From positions 1,309 through 65,308 of the forward strand of contig CAYGDP010000023.1 in assembly GCA_964348665.1 (NCBI GenBank): a stretch of 64,000 nt of DNA, read 5' to 3'. This DNA is from an uncultured Verrucomicrobiota bacterium. GTDB lineage: Bacteria > Verrucomicrobiota > Verrucomicrobiia > Palsa-1439 > CAYGDP01. The position numbers and the translations under genes are program-made. This document shows, in pieces, positions 62,828 through 64,000 of this stretch (within the stretch, counting starts at the first letter, position 1; the number at the start of each line of letters is the position of its first letter). The notes beneath the pieces were generated by a model. It saw only the letters and a list, made by a program, of their open reading frames with translations, had not been told where the DNA came from and made no database searches.

Positions 62828-63889
62828 ATGAGGAAGAACCGAATCAAAGTGAAGCGAAGTGGTTTGTGGGCGATGAACCTCGCAGTGTCGCTGCTGACTG
62901 CGGGCGCTACGCTCGCCGAGCAGCCGAAACCGCCTTTGGAACCGGTCTCGAACAACGAACTGCACCGAGCGGCGCGGGAAGGGCGACTCGACGCGGTGCG
63001 ACAAATGTTGGAGCGCGATCCTGCTGCGGTCAACATGGTGGATAGTCTCGGCCAAGCGCCGCTGCACGCGGCCATCGAGGGCAGGAAACTCGAAGTGGTC
63101 AAGCTCTTGCTCGACAAAGGCGCGGATACCAATATCAAAACAGTTCACCAACAAGATACGCCGCTGCATCTGGCGCTATATCGCCGAGAGCGGGAAATCG
63201 CCATTCTGCTTCTTGATAACGCGGCTGACGCGACCGCCGTCAACAAGAAAGGTATATACCCTCTGATATGGGCTGGAATGCAAGCAATGCCCGATATCAT
63301 TGAGAAGCTCCAAGCCAAAGGCGCGCAATTCAATAAGAAAGATGGTACGACTAGCGAAATGCTCTACTCAATGGCGAATGCTTGTCCGCCGGCTACCGCT
63401 CAAGAATTCAAGAAAACAGTGGATATCTTGGTAGCCAGCGGGGGAGATGTGAACTTCAAAGGTTCGACAGGGCGCGCCCCACTATTTGCTCTCGTTTACT
63501 CGAGTCCGTGGTCGAGCAAATCTGGAAAAGAAAGAATAGGTTTGGCGGATGCGCTTGTCGCTCATGATGCTGATGTGAATGCCCGCAATAAAGATGGCGT
63601 AACACCCTTGATCTGGGCTGCTTCTCGCGGCAACAAAGATGTTGTCGAGTGGCTATTACAGCACGGCGCGGATATCAAAGCAAAAGAAACCACGCGTGGC
63701 TGGACAGCTTTGCATCTTGCCGCCATCAATCGGCAAAAGGAAGTAGTGGAGCTCTTGTTGGAAAAAGGGGCGGACACAAAGATTTTGGATGCCGAAGGTT
63801 TAACGCCTTTGGGAGCAGCACTAAAATACAAAAGTATAGAGACGGCAGCGATTCTTGAGCGAAAAATGAAAAAGGAGAAGATAAAATGA
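62828..63889 (+). CDS. Secreted ankyrin-repeat protein (about 7 ANK repeats)
   Basis: Signal 'LWAMNLAVSLLTAGATLA'. Repeated 'G.TPLH.A......EVV.LLL.KGAD' units. Confidence 0.8.
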   Translation: MRKNRIKVKRSGLWAMNLAVSLLTAGATLAEQPKPPLEPVSNNELHRAAREGRLDAVRQMLERDPAAVNMVDSLGQAPLHAAIEGRKLEVVKLLLDKGADTNIKTVHQQDTPLHLALYRREREIAILLLDNAADATAVNKKGIYPLIWAGMQAMPDIIEKLQAKGAQFNKKDGTTSEMLYSMANACPPATAQEFKKTVDILVASGGDVNFKGSTGRAPLFALVYSSPWSSKSGKERIGLADALVAHDADVNARNKDGVTPLIWAASRGNKDVVEWLLQHGADIKAKETTRGWTALHLAAINRQKEVVELLLEKGADTKILDAEGLTPLGAALKYKSIETAAILERKMKKEKIK

Positions 63890-64000
63890 ACATCGTCAAG
63901 TTTTTCCATCGGCAGCACAACCACAGGCGCAAATCTTGCCTCACGGCGGCACGGGGACGCCACCTGTCGCCACTAACAAATGGATTTTTAGTCGCGGAAG

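Noticed and set aside
62369-63169. 266-aa minus-strand ORF overlapping the XRE gene region and the ankyrin gene start
   Set aside because: It overlaps the ankyrin gene on the opposite strand and has no motifs. The small XRE HTH gene in another frame is the credible call there.

Overview
This is a high-GC bacterial chromosomal window, dense with plus-strand housekeeping genes. Several families point to a PVC-superphylum genome (Verrucomicrobia/Planctomycetes-like): a CSLREA-type N-terminus on a giant beta-helix protein, a DUF1559 'H-X9-DG' prepilin-like protein, and a membrane-dehydrogenase plus CxxCH/PA14 haem protein pair. Gene content from start to end: pnp 3' part with an RGG-rich tail, a large TPR protein, nth, a selenocysteine-encoding Bcp peroxiredoxin, lgt, rluD, family-4 UDG, an SGNH hydrolase, an SDR, a DEAD-box helicase, a minus-strand amino-acid ABC transporter operon flanked by a ~57-bp direct repeat, a four-helix-bundle protein and a small AT-rich HEPN-like gene immediately downstream of gyrA, then gyrA and gyrB. 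Next come ArsR and Rrf2 regulators with clear sigma70-like promoters and a perfect palindromic operator. Then a sulfur island: a SAM-I riboswitch, a threonine-synthase-like gene and a MoaD-like sulfur carrier (candidate MetM/MetO homocysteine route), an ankyrin protein, a NIL-domain protein, an Fe-S type cysH, two small genes, cysD and fused cysNC. The remainder holds an ORF6N protein, two secreted glycoside hydrolases, a sugar-phosphate isomerase, a second Sec-containing peroxiredoxin, tRNA-Leu(CAA), kdsA, a multi-repeat LptC/LptA fusion, lptB, hpf, hprK, ptsH, ptsI, a nucleotidyltransferase, metK, a 1798-aa beta-helix/lipase/DUF11 protein, lemA, the PVC dehydrogenase/haem pair, an AraC regulator, the DUF1559 protein, an oxidoreductase, an XRE regulator and a second ankyrin protein. 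The most notable signals are two paralogous UGA(Sec) peroxiredoxins with conserved SECIS-like hairpins, the riboswitch-controlled ThrC-like/MoaD-like pair inside the sulfate-assimilation island, and a family of palindromic elements built from 10-bp-phased TTTCGCG heptamers placed before metO and cysD and flanking a GH gene. The ORF track labels GTG/TTG starts as M; many long antisense ORFs in this GC-rich DNA were rejected.
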